Made by a program: the position numbers and the translations under genes. 64,000 nt of DNA from Candidatus Binatia bacterium (GTDB lineage: Bacteria > Desulfobacterota > Binatia > HRBIN30). The DNA is taken from contig JBBRSP010000026.1 in assembly GCA_038245295.1 (NCBI GenBank), positions 1-64,000 of the forward strand, written 5' to 3'. This document shows, in pieces, positions 36,536 to 47,029 of this stretch. How positions within the stretch are numbered: the stretch's first letter is position 1; each line of letters begins with the position of its first letter. The notes beneath the pieces are model-generated. The model saw only the letters and a list, made by a program, of their open reading frames with translations, was not told where the DNA came from and made no database searches.

Positions 36536-38685
36536 CGTTGAACCGATCCCGCTTCGGCGGCGTCGCCTTTCTGCTCGGCGGTGTGCTGTTCGTCTGCGGC
36601 TATGTCGCCTTGAATCTCCCCGAGCAGGTAACGTCTGTTCTGAACGGCTGGCGCGCTTCGGGCCTCGCCGCGGTTTACGTCAACCTGCAAAACGCGATGC
36701 CGCTGCGGCTGCTCGCCGCGTTGCCGCTTTGCCTTCCCGGCTGCCTGTTGATGGCGTTCGCCCTGCGCTCGACGGCCGACGAGGACCGAACAGCCGACCG
36801 AACGATAGTCGAGGCGAATCCTCCCGGGGCATCGCCCTGGTCGTGGGGCTCGATCATGACGCTGGTATGCGGTGTTGGCCTCGGGTTGGTGACGGCGTGG
36901 CTGATGACCCGTGAGCCAGCTCACCCGGCTGCGACATACACGTGGGCCGCAACCCTCGTCGCCATCCTTTTAGTCGCCCTGCAGATGGACCTATCGGCGC
37001 AGGTTCGCTGGCCCGCGGCCGCGCTAACACGCCGCGACCAGGCGATCAGCGCGGCCCTCGTGCTGGGAACGATGCTGGTTGTCGGACACGATGTCGGGCA
37101 TTGGCGTTGGTCCGGCACGCCCGATGAATTCTCGTTCTTCGCTGCCGCCAAGGGATTCTACGACGGTATCATCCCGACGCATCCCCTCTCCGAGCAGGGG
37201 GTATTCGGCTACCATCCGATTCTGAGCTCATACTACCAGGTTGCCTTCCTATGGCTGGGCGGCGCCAACGTCGTGGCCTGGAGACTGTCTTCCGTGTTCT
37301 CCCTGGCCGTTGCCGTCGCGGCCACGTATCAACTCATGCTCCGTCTTTATGATCGTCGCCGCGCTCTTGCCGCCGCCGTTCTGTTGGCGACGTCGGAAAT
37401 CGCCATGGGATACTCGCATCTCGGTTACAACAACGCGCAAGTGTACGGCGCCGTGATGATCCCGCTCGCCCTCGCCGCCTGGGCGGCGGGTGGTGTGGCG
37501 GCTCTTCCGTTCGCCTTGACGAGCGTTTTTTGCGGCCTCGCGTTCTACACTTACTTCACGGCGCGCTTGGCGCCCGTCCTGGTGCTCTTCTTCTGGTGGC
37601 GAGCCGGCGCCCTGTCCACACTCTGGCGGCGGCGCCACCTGGCAATCGTCGTTGTGATTGCCTTCGTGCTGACGCTCATTCCAACCTTGATGCAATTGCC
37701 CACCACCCTGGCGCAGATGATCCGACTCACCGGGGCAACGGCGAACCAGACCCTGGGCGCCACCGAGGCAATCGGCTTCCTGCCGCGCATCCTGTCGGCC
37801 GACAATGTAGGCCACATCTTGAGTCACTGGCTCCTGTCCATCTTCTATCCGCTGACCTCGGAGTCTGGGCATTTTCTGCTTTCACCAGTCACCGAGTTCG
37901 GCACCTCGCTGTTCTGGCTACTCGGCCTCTGTTCTGGGCTGTTGGCGTTGCAACGCAAGCACCTGGACTTTCTCACGCTCGCCTATCTAGGCAGTGCCTT
38001 TGCGGTCGGCGCCATCAGCCCCTACCCCCACCCTGCATTGACGCGTGTCATGTTCCTGGCGCCGTTTACGGCCATGCTCGCCGCCGTCGGGATCGAACGA
38101 CTCCTGCGGGCGCTGCCGTCACGAGGCGCGGCGGCAGACCGGCGAGCGTGGGTATTGACTTCGATCCTCGTCACCACCATTGCGGCGGCCAACCTCTACA
38201 GGCTGTATTCCAACGTGTACGAACGATTCTATGGCTACGGCGACGGCACCACGACCGAGGTCGTACGCTTGGCGCTGGCGCTTGGCCAACCGGCGACGAT
38301 CGTGTACGTCCAGCGCGATCCGACCTACATGTCGGGCACTGTCCCTGATGTCCTGAAAGCCTACGCCCCCGCGGACGACGTCGTTTACGTGCGACCGCCA
38401 TTCACCGATGCTTCTCTCTCCGGCCTCGAAAAGGTCGCACCGCCGGTTCTGTTTGCCTACGACCTGACAAAGCCCGAGGAACGGCGGACCATCGAAGAAC
38501 TGGTGCGGCGTCGCTTCCCCCAGGCCACGTGGCACGACTCCGCCCCGGGGCGGACCTGGAATATCCCGCATGTCTTCGTTGCCGACGCGCTTGACCGATC
38601 CGCCGCGCCTTCGATACATGAACCTTTCCTTGCGACGTCGACGCCTGGCAATACCGCCGCCGCGGGCGGGAAGGATGAGGGATGA
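36532..38685 (+). CDS. GT-C fold membrane glycosyltransferase (ArnT/PMT-like)
   Basis: Many TM helices, TPDE loop motif, HP...AWRL.S pattern and [13 protein letters not shown] overlap with uvrB. Confidence 0.8.
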   Translation: MTLNRSRFGGVAFLLGGVLFVCGYVALNLPEQVTSVLNGWRASGLAAVYVNLQNAMPLRLLAALPLCLPGCLLMAFALRSTADEDRTADRTIVEANPPGASPWSWGSIMTLVCGVGLGLVTAWLMTREPAHPAATYTWAATLVAILLVALQMDLSAQVRWPAAALTRRDQAISAALVLGTMLVVGHDVGHWRWSGTPDEFSFFAAAKGFYDGIIPTHPLSEQGVFGYHPILSSYYQVAFLWLGGANVVAWRLSSVFSLAVAVAATYQLMLRLYDRRRALAAAVLLATSEIAMGYSHLGYNNAQVYGAVMIPLALAAWAAGGVAALPFALTSVFCGLAFYTYFTARLAPVLVLFFWWRAGALSTLWRRRHLAIVVVIAFVLTLIPTLMQLPTTLAQMIRLTGATANQTLGATEAIGFLPRILSADNVGHILSHWLLSIFYPLTSESGHFLLSPVTEFGTSLFWLLGLCSGLLALQRKHLDFLTLAYLGSAFAVGAISPYPHPALTRVMFLAPFTAMLAAVGIERLLRALPSRGAAADRRAWVLTSILVTTIAAANLYRLYSNVYERFYGYGDGTTTEVVRLALALGQPATIVYVQRDPTYMSGTVPDVLKAYAPADDVVYVRPPFTDASLSGLEKVAPPVLFAYDLTKPEERRTIEELVRRRFPQATWHDSAPGRTWNIPHVFVADALDRSAAPSIHEPFLATSTPGNTAAAGGKDEG

Positions 38686-40028
38686 ACGGGAAATGGGCGC
38701 TCGGGTTCGGGGTGGCTTTGGTGTTTTGCACCGCCACAGCGTTCGGCTCTCCGACCCAATCCGGTGAAACGGGACTGGCCACGGTGCCGACAACCGACGT
38801 GCTGGATGCTTGGCGTCCATCGGCCGGTGTACATCTCAACGGCCTAGCCGGCTCCACGGGTTCGGGCAGTCATGAACTGTGGCGCACGCAATTCACCCTT
38901 GGACTCGGACTTATCGAGGACCTCGAGCTGACGGCCCAGGTGCCCTACATCCAGTTCAGCCGCGATGTCGCGGGTCGCCGACATACCGACGACGTCGGTG
39001 GCGTGCGACTCGGAGGAAAGTATCGTCTGCTCAATGAGGAGTATGGCGATTGGTTGAGCGGTGCTCTCCTCGCGGCTGTGGTCATTGGGAACGGTCGCGA
39101 CAGCTTTCCGGCAATTCTCGATCGCGAAAGTGCCTGGGGGCGACGCGAAGCCTACGAGGTCATGGCCATTGCCGACAAGAAGCTGTTCAGCGCCGCTCAC
39201 GACGATGCGGTGCTCACTCTAAACGCCGGCGGCCTGTTCTTCGATCAGCCGGAACACTTTGCCTTGAGCAACCAATCACCCTCGTTCCAACGCCGCTTTC
39301 GTGGCAGGCGCGCCTCTTTCAGCAACCCCTTTGAGTTCGCAACGGCATTGCGTCTGCCGATTTATGCGACGGAGAACTTCAGGATCCAGCTCCTAGAGGA
39401 GCTCCGTGGCAACACGGGAACCGTCGATAATCTGAAAGGCTCGGTGCCGACGCGACTATTCAGCGGTGTGCGATTTGCGGCGGCGAATGGAATGGCACTC
39501 CAAGGGGGCGCCGATTTCGGCCTTAGCGGCTTCTTGGAGCCGTACCGCTTCATGGCAAGCTTTTCGTACGCCATGCCCGAACAGGCGGAACCTCCGGTGC
39601 CGGTCGCCCGAGCCATCCCGGCCCCTGTTGCATTGCCAACCCCGGCTACCGCGGCGGCGTCGCCGGCCGAGGTGTTGCCGCCACCGGTCAAACGAAAGGT
39701 CGTGTTGCGCGGTGTAAAATTCGACTTCGCCCAATCGACGATCCGTCCGGATTCAGACGCCATCCTCGGTGAGGCAGCCGCCGCGCTGAAGGCAAACCCG
39801 GACGTCAAGGTAGCGGTCGAAGGGCACACGGACTCGGTCGGTAGCGACGAATACAATCTGCGCCTGTCGATTCACCGCGGACTGGCGGTGCGTGAGCGCC
39901 TCGAACACCTCGGCATATTACACGAGCGCTTGTCGGTTCGGGCGCGGGGCGAGTCGCAACCTGTCGCCTCGAATGATACGGAGTCTGGCCGCGCCGAGAA
40001 CCGGCGCGTCGAATTGCTGGTCGAGTAA
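38682..40028 (+). CDS. OmpA-domain outer membrane protein
   Basis: Signal peptide, beta-strand-rich N-domain, Pro/Ala/Thr linker, then FDFAQS, EGHTDS and NRRVE. Confidence 0.9.
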   Translation: MNGKWALGFGVALVFCTATAFGSPTQSGETGLATVPTTDVLDAWRPSAGVHLNGLAGSTGSGSHELWRTQFTLGLGLIEDLELTAQVPYIQFSRDVAGRRHTDDVGGVRLGGKYRLLNEEYGDWLSGALLAAVVIGNGRDSFPAILDRESAWGRREAYEVMAIADKKLFSAAHDDAVLTLNAGGLFFDQPEHFALSNQSPSFQRRFRGRRASFSNPFEFATALRLPIYATENFRIQLLEELRGNTGTVDNLKGSVPTRLFSGVRFAAANGMALQGGADFGLSGFLEPYRFMASFSYAMPEQAEPPVPVARAIPAPVALPTPATAAASPAEVLPPPVKRKVVLRGVKFDFAQSTIRPDSDAILGEAAAALKANPDVKVAVEGHTDSVGSDEYNLRLSIHRGLAVRERLEHLGILHERLSVRARGESQPVASNDTESGRAENRRVELLVE

Positions 40029-40051
40029 CCAAGAGAGAACGGAGTCGTCGA

Positions 40052-40447
40052 ATGAAGTCTCGTCTACTTGCCATCACGCTCTTGCTGTTGTCCGCCTCCC
40101 CGGCGCTCGCCGAGGACGCCGCGGCGGCCTTCGGGAAGTTCTGCGAAGAGTGGATGCAGAAGCTCGAAGCGCGCGAACGGCGCAACACCACCATCATCAA
40201 ATGGGAAGACAAGGGGACGACAGTCCTCGGCAGCTACGTCGGCTACAGCAAGCAGCACACCTGCGAGTTGAAGGAAAACAAGGAGAACAAGCCGCCCGTG
40301 CCGGTCGGCAAGATCACCTATCTCGAGGTGCGCTACGAGAAGGCCGGTGCAACCCAGGAGGAAGCCGAGCGCAGCCAGGCGCGGCCGGTCGAGACCACCG
40401 AGGTCACCGAGATTTTCCGCTACGCCAAAGGCGTCTGGGTGTACTAG
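40052..40447 (+). CDS. Secreted hypothetical protein
   Basis: Signal peptide ending ALA; strong GC3; GGAG RBS. Confidence 0.8.
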   Translation: MKSRLLAITLLLLSASPALAEDAAAAFGKFCEEWMQKLEARERRNTTIIKWEDKGTTVLGSYVGYSKQHTCELKENKENKPPVPVGKITYLEVRYEKAGATQEEAERSQARPVETTEVTEIFRYAKGVWVY

Positions 40448-40482
40448 GACGCCGCCGTCCCTGTTCTTTCCGGGTGAGTTGC

Positions 40483-41868
40483 ATGCCGCGCGCAAAGCAT
40501 AAGGCGTGGGCTGGTCGTATGGACCAGCCCACGCATCCGTTAGTCGAAGCCTTCACGACTTCCTTCCCGTTCGATCAGCGCTTGTATGCCCATGATATCG
40601 CCGGCAGCGTTGCCCACGTCGAGATGCTGGGCAAACAGGGCATCATCCCCAGCGGCGAAGCGCGGAAGATCGCGCGTGCCCTCCGACAGATCAAGCTCGA
40701 GTTCGATGTCGACAAGTTTCGCTCGTCGGCCGCCGACGAAGATGTGCACATGGCGATCGAGCGTCGTCTCATCGAAATCGTTGGGCCGATTGGCGGTAAG
40801 CTACATACCGCCCGCAGTCGCAACGATCAGGTGGCCTTAGATCTGCGGCTCTTCCTGCGCGCCGAGATCAACGCGATCGTCGATGACCTGCGGGCGATGC
40901 AGAGTGCTCTGGCGACTCTGGCGCGGCGTTATCCGGACCTGCCCATGCCCGGCTATACGCACCTCCAGCCGGCACAGCCGGTGCTTTTCGGGCACCATCT
41001 GATGGCCTACGCCGCGATGTTGGAGCGCGACGCCGGGCGCATGGGCGACACCCTCAAACGACTCGACGTCTTGCCTCTCGGATCTGGTGCCTTGGCCGGC
41101 ACAACCTTCCCAATCGATCGCGCCTATGTCGCCAAACGGCTTGGATTCGGTGCGGTCAGCAGCAACAGCATGGATGCGGTGAGCGATCGCGACTTCGCCC
41201 TCGAGTTTCTTGCGGCGGCAGCCATTCTCGGCATGCACCTCAGCCGCCTGAGCGAAGATTTGATCTTGTGGAACTCGAGCGAGTTCGGGTTCATCACGTT
41301 GCCGGACGCCTTCGCCACCGGCAGCTCGATCATGCCCCAGAAGAAGAATCCGGATGTGGCCGAGCTCGTTCGCGGCAAGACCGGTCGCCTCTACGGGAAC
41401 CTCTTGTCGCTACTGACGACGATGAAGGGCCTGCCGATGACGTACAACCGCGATCTGCAGGAAGACAAGGAACCGGTCTTCGACACCGTCGACACCATCC
41501 GTGGCTCACTGCAAGTTCTGAGCGCCATGTTGCCGCGGGTCATCGTGCGCCGCGAACACGTGGAGGAGGCGGCGACGCGTGGGTTCACACTTGCCACCGA
41601 GCTTGCCGACTACCTCAGCACCAAGGGCCTACCGTTTCGCGAGGCGCATGCGGTGGTGGGAGCGATTGTCCGCCGTTGCATCGAAGACACGCGCCGCCTC
41701 GAGGACCTCTCGGTCGCCGAACTGAAATCGTTTTCCCCGCTGTTCGCGGGCGATGTCCGACGCTGGCTCAGTGCCACCGCGGCCGTACGTCGTCGCCGCA
41801 CCGTCGGGGGCACCTCGCCCGAAAGTGTGCGGCGCCAGCTCGATGCGCTCGATGACTCGGAGGACTAG
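40483..41868 (+). CDS. argH: Argininosuccinate lyase
   Basis: WAGR, LHTARSRNDQ, PGYTHLQ and GSSIMPQKKNPD motifs. Confidence 0.98.
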   Translation: MPRAKHKAWAGRMDQPTHPLVEAFTTSFPFDQRLYAHDIAGSVAHVEMLGKQGIIPSGEARKIARALRQIKLEFDVDKFRSSAADEDVHMAIERRLIEIVGPIGGKLHTARSRNDQVALDLRLFLRAEINAIVDDLRAMQSALATLARRYPDLPMPGYTHLQPAQPVLFGHHLMAYAAMLERDAGRMGDTLKRLDVLPLGSGALAGTTFPIDRAYVAKRLGFGAVSSNSMDAVSDRDFALEFLAAAAILGMHLSRLSEDLILWNSSEFGFITLPDAFATGSSIMPQKKNPDVAELVRGKTGRLYGNLLSLLTTMKGLPMTYNRDLQEDKEPVFDTVDTIRGSLQVLSAMLPRVIVRREHVEEAATRGFTLATELADYLSTKGLPFREAHAVVGAIVRRCIEDTRRLEDLSVAELKSFSPLFAGDVRRWLSATAAVRRRRTVGGTSPESVRRQLDALDDSED

Positions 41869-42307
41869 CCGCGGGCCGTCGGCAGGCTGCGTCGTGCGGC
41901 GTGTCTGCCTCGTCCTGCTCCTCACCGCCGCCGCCTGTGCGCGACGGTCGCCCGTGCGGCCCCCCGAAGATGTCATCCCGACGATGATCGACAATCTCAG
42001 CGCCAAACGCGAGCCGGATGGCATCAGCCTGAGTTGGAGTCGTCCGACGGAGTATGCCGGCGGCGGTCGGATGAGCGACCTCGGCGGCTTCGAGGTGCAG
42101 CGGGCCGTTGATGCCGCAACCGAGTTCGAAACCATCGCTACCGTCGGGGTCGACGATCTGGCCCGCTTCCGTCAACGCAAGCGATTTACGTACGTCGATC
42201 GTGGAATCGCCGGCGGCTCGACCGGGCGCTATCGGGTTGTGTCGTTTACGCTCGATCGGTACGTTAGCGAGCCCTCGAACGAAGTGGTGATAAGGCCGAC
42301 GGACTAA
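41852..42307 (+). CDS. Lipoprotein with fibronectin-III-like domain
   Basis: Lipobox TAAAC followed by ARRSPVRPPE, ISLSWSRP, YRVVS and SEPSNEV; start uncertain. Confidence 0.75.
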   Translation: MTRRTSRGPSAGCVVRRVCLVLLLTAAACARRSPVRPPEDVIPTMIDNLSAKREPDGISLSWSRPTEYAGGGRMSDLGGFEVQRAVDAATEFETIATVGVDDLARFRQRKRFTYVDRGIAGGSTGRYRVVSFTLDRYVSEPSNEVVIRPTD

Positions 42308-42311
42308 GACA

Positions 42312-43151
42312 ATGGCAAAGCTACGATTCACCAAAATGCATGGAATCGGCAACGACTATGTCTACGTCGATTGCTTTCGCGAGACGGTTGCGGATCCGGC
42401 GCGCGTTGCCGAGTTGGTCAGCCCGCGGCGCACCGGAATCGGTAGCGACGGATTGATTCTCATCCAACCGTCGGACCGCGCCGATTGCCGCATGGAGATG
42501 TACAACGCCGACGGCAGTAACGGTGGCATGTGTGGCAACGGAATTCGCTGTGTCGCCAAATATGTCTACGATCACGGCATCGCGCCGCGTCCCAAGCTGC
42601 GCATCGATACGGACGCGGGTATCAAGACTCTGTCTCTCGACATTGCCGACGGTCGCGTTGCGTCGGTAAACGTCGATATGGGGGAACCACTTCTCGATGG
42701 ACCACAGATTCCGGTGGTGGCGGCGGGGCGCGTCGTGGATGCACCGTTGCGCGTCGCGGGCGACGAGTATCGCGTCACCTGTGTGTCGATGGGCAATCCG
42801 CATTGCGTCATCTTCGTGCCTGAGGTGGAGCGCCTCGATCTGGAGACGATCGGCCCGCTATTCGAGCACCATGCGTTTTTCCCGAAGCGAGTAAATACCG
42901 AGTTCGTACAGGTAATCGGCCCGCGTGAGTTGCGCATGCGTGTCTGGGAGCGTGGCTCGGGCGAGACCGCGGCTTGCGGTACCGGCGCGTGCGCCGTGCT
43001 CGTGGCCGCCGTCCTCAATCGCAAAGCCGAGCGCAGTGCCGTCATCCACTTAAACGGTGGCGACCTGCAAATCGAGTGGCGCGAATCCGATAGCCACGTC
43101 TTGATGAGTGGTCCGGCAACCGAAGTGTTTTCGGGTGAGATCGAAATCTGA
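42312..43151 (+). CDS. dapF: Diaminopimelate epimerase
   Basis: KMHGIGNDY, MCGNGIRC, GNPHC and ERGSGETAACGTGA motifs. Confidence 0.97.
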   Translation: MAKLRFTKMHGIGNDYVYVDCFRETVADPARVAELVSPRRTGIGSDGLILIQPSDRADCRMEMYNADGSNGGMCGNGIRCVAKYVYDHGIAPRPKLRIDTDAGIKTLSLDIADGRVASVNVDMGEPLLDGPQIPVVAAGRVVDAPLRVAGDEYRVTCVSMGNPHCVIFVPEVERLDLETIGPLFEHHAFFPKRVNTEFVQVIGPRELRMRVWERGSGETAACGTGACAVLVAAVLNRKAERSAVIHLNGGDLQIEWRESDSHVLMSGPATEVFSGEIEI

Positions 43152-43169
43152 TCCGTAGTGAGGGACGCA

Positions 43170-44056
43170 TGGCACGCAATGTAATGTTTCAGGGTTCGAT
43201 GACCGCGCTGATCACGCCGTTCCGTGACGGCAAGGTCGATGCCATAGCGTTCGAGAAAATCATCGAAGATCAGATTGCCGGCGGTACGACCGCTGTGGTG
43301 CCATGTGGTAGCACCGGCGAATCGGCGACGTTGTCGCATGCCGAGCATCTCGAAGTCGTGCGGCTGGTCATGGACATCGTCGACCGGCGTATTCCAGTCA
43401 TTGCTGGCACCGGCTCGAATTCAACGGCCGAAGCAATCTCCCTGACCAAGCATGCCAAGGAAGCTGGCGCGGCGGCCGCTCTGCTCATCTCGCCCTACTA
43501 CAATCGGCCAACCCAGGAAGGCATCTACCAGCACTACCACGCCGTGGCCGAGGCCGGTGGATTGCCGATCATTCTCTACAACATCCCGGGGCGCACCGGA
43601 TCGAAGATCGAAGCGACGACGATCGCGCGTCTCGCCGAGGTCGATAACGTCATCGGGCTCAAGGAAGCCACCGGCTCACTCGACGAGGTGCAGGAGGTCA
43701 TTCGTCTGTGCGGTGATGGCCTGGAGGTCTACAGTGGGGATGATTCTCTCACTCTGCCGGTGATGGCGGTCGGAGGCCTGGGGGTCATCTCGGTGACCTC
43801 GAATGTCGCACCGAAGGCATGCGCCGATATGACCGCGGCGGCCCAGGCGGGCGATTGGGACTTGGCGCGCCGCCTGCACTACGGCTTGTTGCCGCTGATC
43901 CGTGCGCTGTTTCAAGAAACCAATCCGACGCCGGTGAAAGCAGCGATGGCCATGCTGGGATACTGCGGCGACGAGTTGCGCCTGCCTCTTCTGAAGCTCA
44001 GCGACGGACCGCGGACGAAGCTACGCAACGAATTGCAGAACCTTGGGCTGCTGTAG
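43170..44056 (+). CDS. dapA: 4-hydroxy-tetrahydrodipicolinate synthase (ORF track start 43169)
   Basis: GSTGES, PYYNRP, YNIPGRT, GLKEA and ETNP motifs. Confidence 0.97.
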
Positions 44057-44101
44057 TCCTGGCCTCGCCGGCTCGCCGACCCCGAACGCAGGGAGCAATC
44101 C

Positions 44102-44908
44102 ATGGAAACACCGATTGTCGTGTGTGGTGCCGCCGGTCGCATGGGCCGGATGATCGTCAGCTTGATCCCCCAACCCCCGGGGGCTCGCCTGGCGGCGGCA
44201 ATCGAAATGAGTGGGCACACGTTGCTCGGCAAGGATGCCGGCGAAATCGCTGGGGTCGGCGAGCTGGGCGTGGCGCTCAGCGACGATTTCGCCGCCGCGG
44301 CGGTTGCCGGGACGGTGACGCTCGACTTCACCAACGCCAAGGTGGCCCTCGAGCACCTGCAGACGGTTGTGGATCAGCAAGCGGCCATGGTTGTCGGTGC
44401 GACGGGCTTCACTGCCGCCGAGCAAGTGCAGCTCGACAAGCTGGCGCCAAAGGCGCGCACCGTGGTTGCCTCCAACATGAGTGTCGGGATTGCGGTACTT
44501 CAGCGTCTCGCCGCCGATGCTGCCCGCCTACTGGGCCCGTCGTTCGACGTCGAAATTGTCGAGATGCATCACAAGATGAAAATCGATGCGCCTAGCGGCA
44601 CCGCCCTGACCCTCGCCAATGCGGTCGCAGCGGCGACCAATCGGAATGTCGCCACCGACGCGGTTTTCGGCCGCGAGGGGATAGTCGGGGCACGCCCAGC
44701 CAACGAGATCGGCGTCATCGCGCTGCGTGGGGGTGACGTCATCGGCGACCACACCGTGATTTTCGCCGGCATGGGCGAACGGATCGAGCTTACGCACCGC
44801 GCTCAGAGTCGCGACTCTCTGGCGCGCGGCGCGTTGCGCGCGGCGCTGTGGCTCAGCGGCAAACCGGTCGGCCGCTACAGTATGTCCCAGGTGCTTGGCC
44901 TGGACTGA
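44102..44908 (+). CDS. dapB: 4-hydroxy-tetrahydrodipicolinate reductase
   Basis: GAAGRMG, EMHHKMKIDAPSGTA and GDVIGDH motifs. Confidence 0.97.
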   Translation: METPIVVCGAAGRMGRMIVSLIPQPPGARLAAAIEMSGHTLLGKDAGEIAGVGELGVALSDDFAAAAVAGTVTLDFTNAKVALEHLQTVVDQQAAMVVGATGFTAAEQVQLDKLAPKARTVVASNMSVGIAVLQRLAADAARLLGPSFDVEIVEMHHKMKIDAPSGTALTLANAVAAATNRNVATDAVFGREGIVGARPANEIGVIALRGGDVIGDHTVIFAGMGERIELTHRAQSRDSLARGALRAALWLSGKPVGRYSMSQVLGLD

Positions 44909-44913
44909 CGTCG

Positions 44914-45948
44914 CTATGCGGCGGCGTTACGCGCCACCCAATCATCGACCCGCTGCCACTGCCGGTAGAGCCACTCCGCCTGTGCCCCGCGTTCCACCGG
45001 GATCTCCGCGTAGGGCACGCGCCAGAACGTCACGCGGATCGTCGCATCGATCAGCGTGCCCTTGAGCAGATCGTGGAAGGTTCCGGCTCCGTCGAATCCC
45101 GTGTGAGCGCAGAAGACAACGTCGGCCCCCGGGTTTTTCTCCAGCAGCCCGAGCGGTCCCCCGAGTCGCGGCGGCAGCGTGTGGCGCAGCGTCTGCGCCA
45201 ACGACAGGAGGCCTGTCTCGCCGCCATGGCGCATCTTCTCCAGGGCCCGCTGACGCTTCTGCGGTGTGAAGCGCGTCCCCTCGGGATAGATCAGTACGCC
45301 GTCGTCACGACCAAGGTTCAGCAATAGACTCTGCACGGCGCCGATCTCGCGCTGACTGGCGCCGGAGCCGCGGCGCGCGAAGTAGTTTGGTAGCCGCTGC
45401 CCGACGATGTCGAGGCAGGGGTCCCAAAGCAATTCCCGCTTCAGCACGTAGCGAAAGATAATGTGAAAGCGTTCGGCCAGAAACACCGAGGGGAGTAGCG
45501 TGTCGCCGACGCCGGTATGCCGCAAGAACAGCAGCATGGGCCCATGACCAATCTCCGGCCCCATCTCGACAGCGAACTTCAGACCAAAGATCTCTGTTGC
45601 ACCACGCAAGAGCGTACGTGCCCACCAACACTGCAGTCTAAAATTGCGCTCCACGTACTCGCGTTCTTGGCCGCCGAGCCACGGCCCCGTCGTAAGCCAG
45701 ACCATCAGGCTGATGGCCACACCCGCAACTTCGCAGCATAGGTAAAAGACAAAAAAGGAAAGGCAGCGGCTGAGCACCCAGCGGCGCCGACGAACCAGGT
45801 CGACCGCCGCCGCGATCGGCAGAACGACAGGAAAGATCGTCAGTGCGGCCAGGCAGAGGACAAGATAGGCCGGCACCGAAACGACTCGCCGTTGCCAACG
45901 CTCGCGCGTGGTTTCGTCGGCCGGGCCGACCATGCAACGGTCGTTCAC
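44914..45948 (-). CDS. Lysophospholipid acyltransferase family protein
   Basis: HxxxxD (HTGVGD), YVLKREL and IYPEGTR; N-terminal TM helices. Confidence 0.88.
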   Translation of the reverse strand: MNDRCMVGPADETTRERWQRRVVSVPAYLVLCLAALTIFPVVLPIAAAVDLVRRRRWVLSRCLSFFVFYLCCEVAGVAISLMVWLTTGPWLGGQEREYVERNFRLQCWWARTLLRGATEIFGLKFAVEMGPEIGHGPMLLFLRHTGVGDTLLPSVFLAERFHIIFRYVLKRELLWDPCLDIVGQRLPNYFARRGSGASQREIGAVQSLLLNLGRDDGVLIYPEGTRFTPQKRQRALEKMRHGGETGLLSLAQTLRHTLPPRLGGPLGLLEKNPGADVVFCAHTGFDGAGTFHDLLKGTLIDATIRVTFWRVPYAEIPVERGAQAEWLYRQWQRVDDWVARNAAA

Positions 45949-46841
45949 GCAGCTGGCGTCCGCTGGCGAATGAACTCACCAGCCCGGTCGATCGCCGCCT
46001 GCCCTTCCGGCAGCATTGATGCAAAGGCGTGCCAGACGTGGATCATCTCTTCCCAGACATCCAGCGTAACGTCCACACCGGCGTCCTTGGCGGCCTTGGC
46101 CAACCGCGTCGAGTCATCCAGCAGTGTTTCGGCGGTTCCAACATGGATGAGCAAGGGTGGCAGGCGCGACAGATCGGCGAACAGCGGCGAGGCGAGCGGA
46201 CGGCGCGCCTCCTGACCGTTGAGATACCAGACTGCCATTTGTGTAAGCCCGTCACGCTGAACCATTGGGTCGGCGGCGGCCTTACTGGTCATCGACTCGC
46301 CGCTCTGCGTCAGATCGACCCAGGGCGAGATGCAGAATCCCGCCGCCGGCAGCGGTCGCCCCTGATCACGCAGCGCCAGCAAGGTCGCCACGGTCAGGCC
46401 GCCTCCGGCGGAGTCACCCGCTACGACGATGCGCCGCGGATCGACGTGTTGGGACAGAAGAAACTCATAGGCAGCCGTGGCGTCGTCGACCGCGGCCGGG
46501 TGCGGGTGCTCCGGAGCCAACCGATAGTCCAGCATCAACACGCGCGCTTGCGCCGCCCGGGACAGGCGTTGGCCGAGATCGCGATGGGTGTTGATGGAGC
46601 CGCAAGCATACCCGCCGCCGTGGAGGTACAAGATAACCCGCCCGGCATCACAACCTGGGGTACTCAGCCATTCGGCCGGGACGCTGCCAATTTTGACCGG
46701 GCTGCGTACGACATCGTCCGGGATGACCATCATCTGCGTCATCGCTTCGAGGCCGGCCCGTATCTCCTGAACATCCGGAACGCCGACACGGTTCTGCGCC
46801 CGCATCATCTCGACGATCATCTTGAGTGCTTCACTGGCCAT
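45945..46841 (-). CDS. Alpha/beta hydrolase (HSL-type esterase)
   Basis: HGGG, YRLAPEHP, GDSAGG and HVWH; ATG 46841 with GGAGG RBS. Confidence 0.93.
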   Translation of the reverse strand: MASEALKMIVEMMRAQNRVGVPDVQEIRAGLEAMTQMMVIPDDVVRSPVKIGSVPAEWLSTPGCDAGRVILYLHGGGYACGSINTHRDLGQRLSRAAQARVLMLDYRLAPEHPHPAAVDDATAAYEFLLSQHVDPRRIVVAGDSAGGGLTVATLLALRDQGRPLPAAGFCISPWVDLTQSGESMTSKAAADPMVQRDGLTQMAVWYLNGQEARRPLASPLFADLSRLPPLLIHVGTAETLLDDSTRLAKAAKDAGVDVTLDVWEEMIHVWHAFASMLPEGQAAIDRAGEFIRQRTPAA

Positions 46842-47029
46842 GGTTCCTCCCTCGTGCGACGCAGATCTACGCCGTCGATCCCGATCCGGCAAGAATAGGA
46901 ATACGACAGGGGCTGAGCCGCTCAATCGCAGCCGCCTGATCTTGCCAGAGAATCGCAGCGACTCCAGCACTAGACCGTGGAATCTCCACGTCCTGACGCA
47001 AGTGCTCTCTTTCGTGTCTGGGGCTTGGC

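Noticed and set aside
39892..40482. Apparent N-terminal fusions or extensions of argH (also uvrB, gatB, the esterase and the 15726 lipoprotein)
   Set aside because: The extensions overlap neighbouring real genes and family homology begins at downstream starts.
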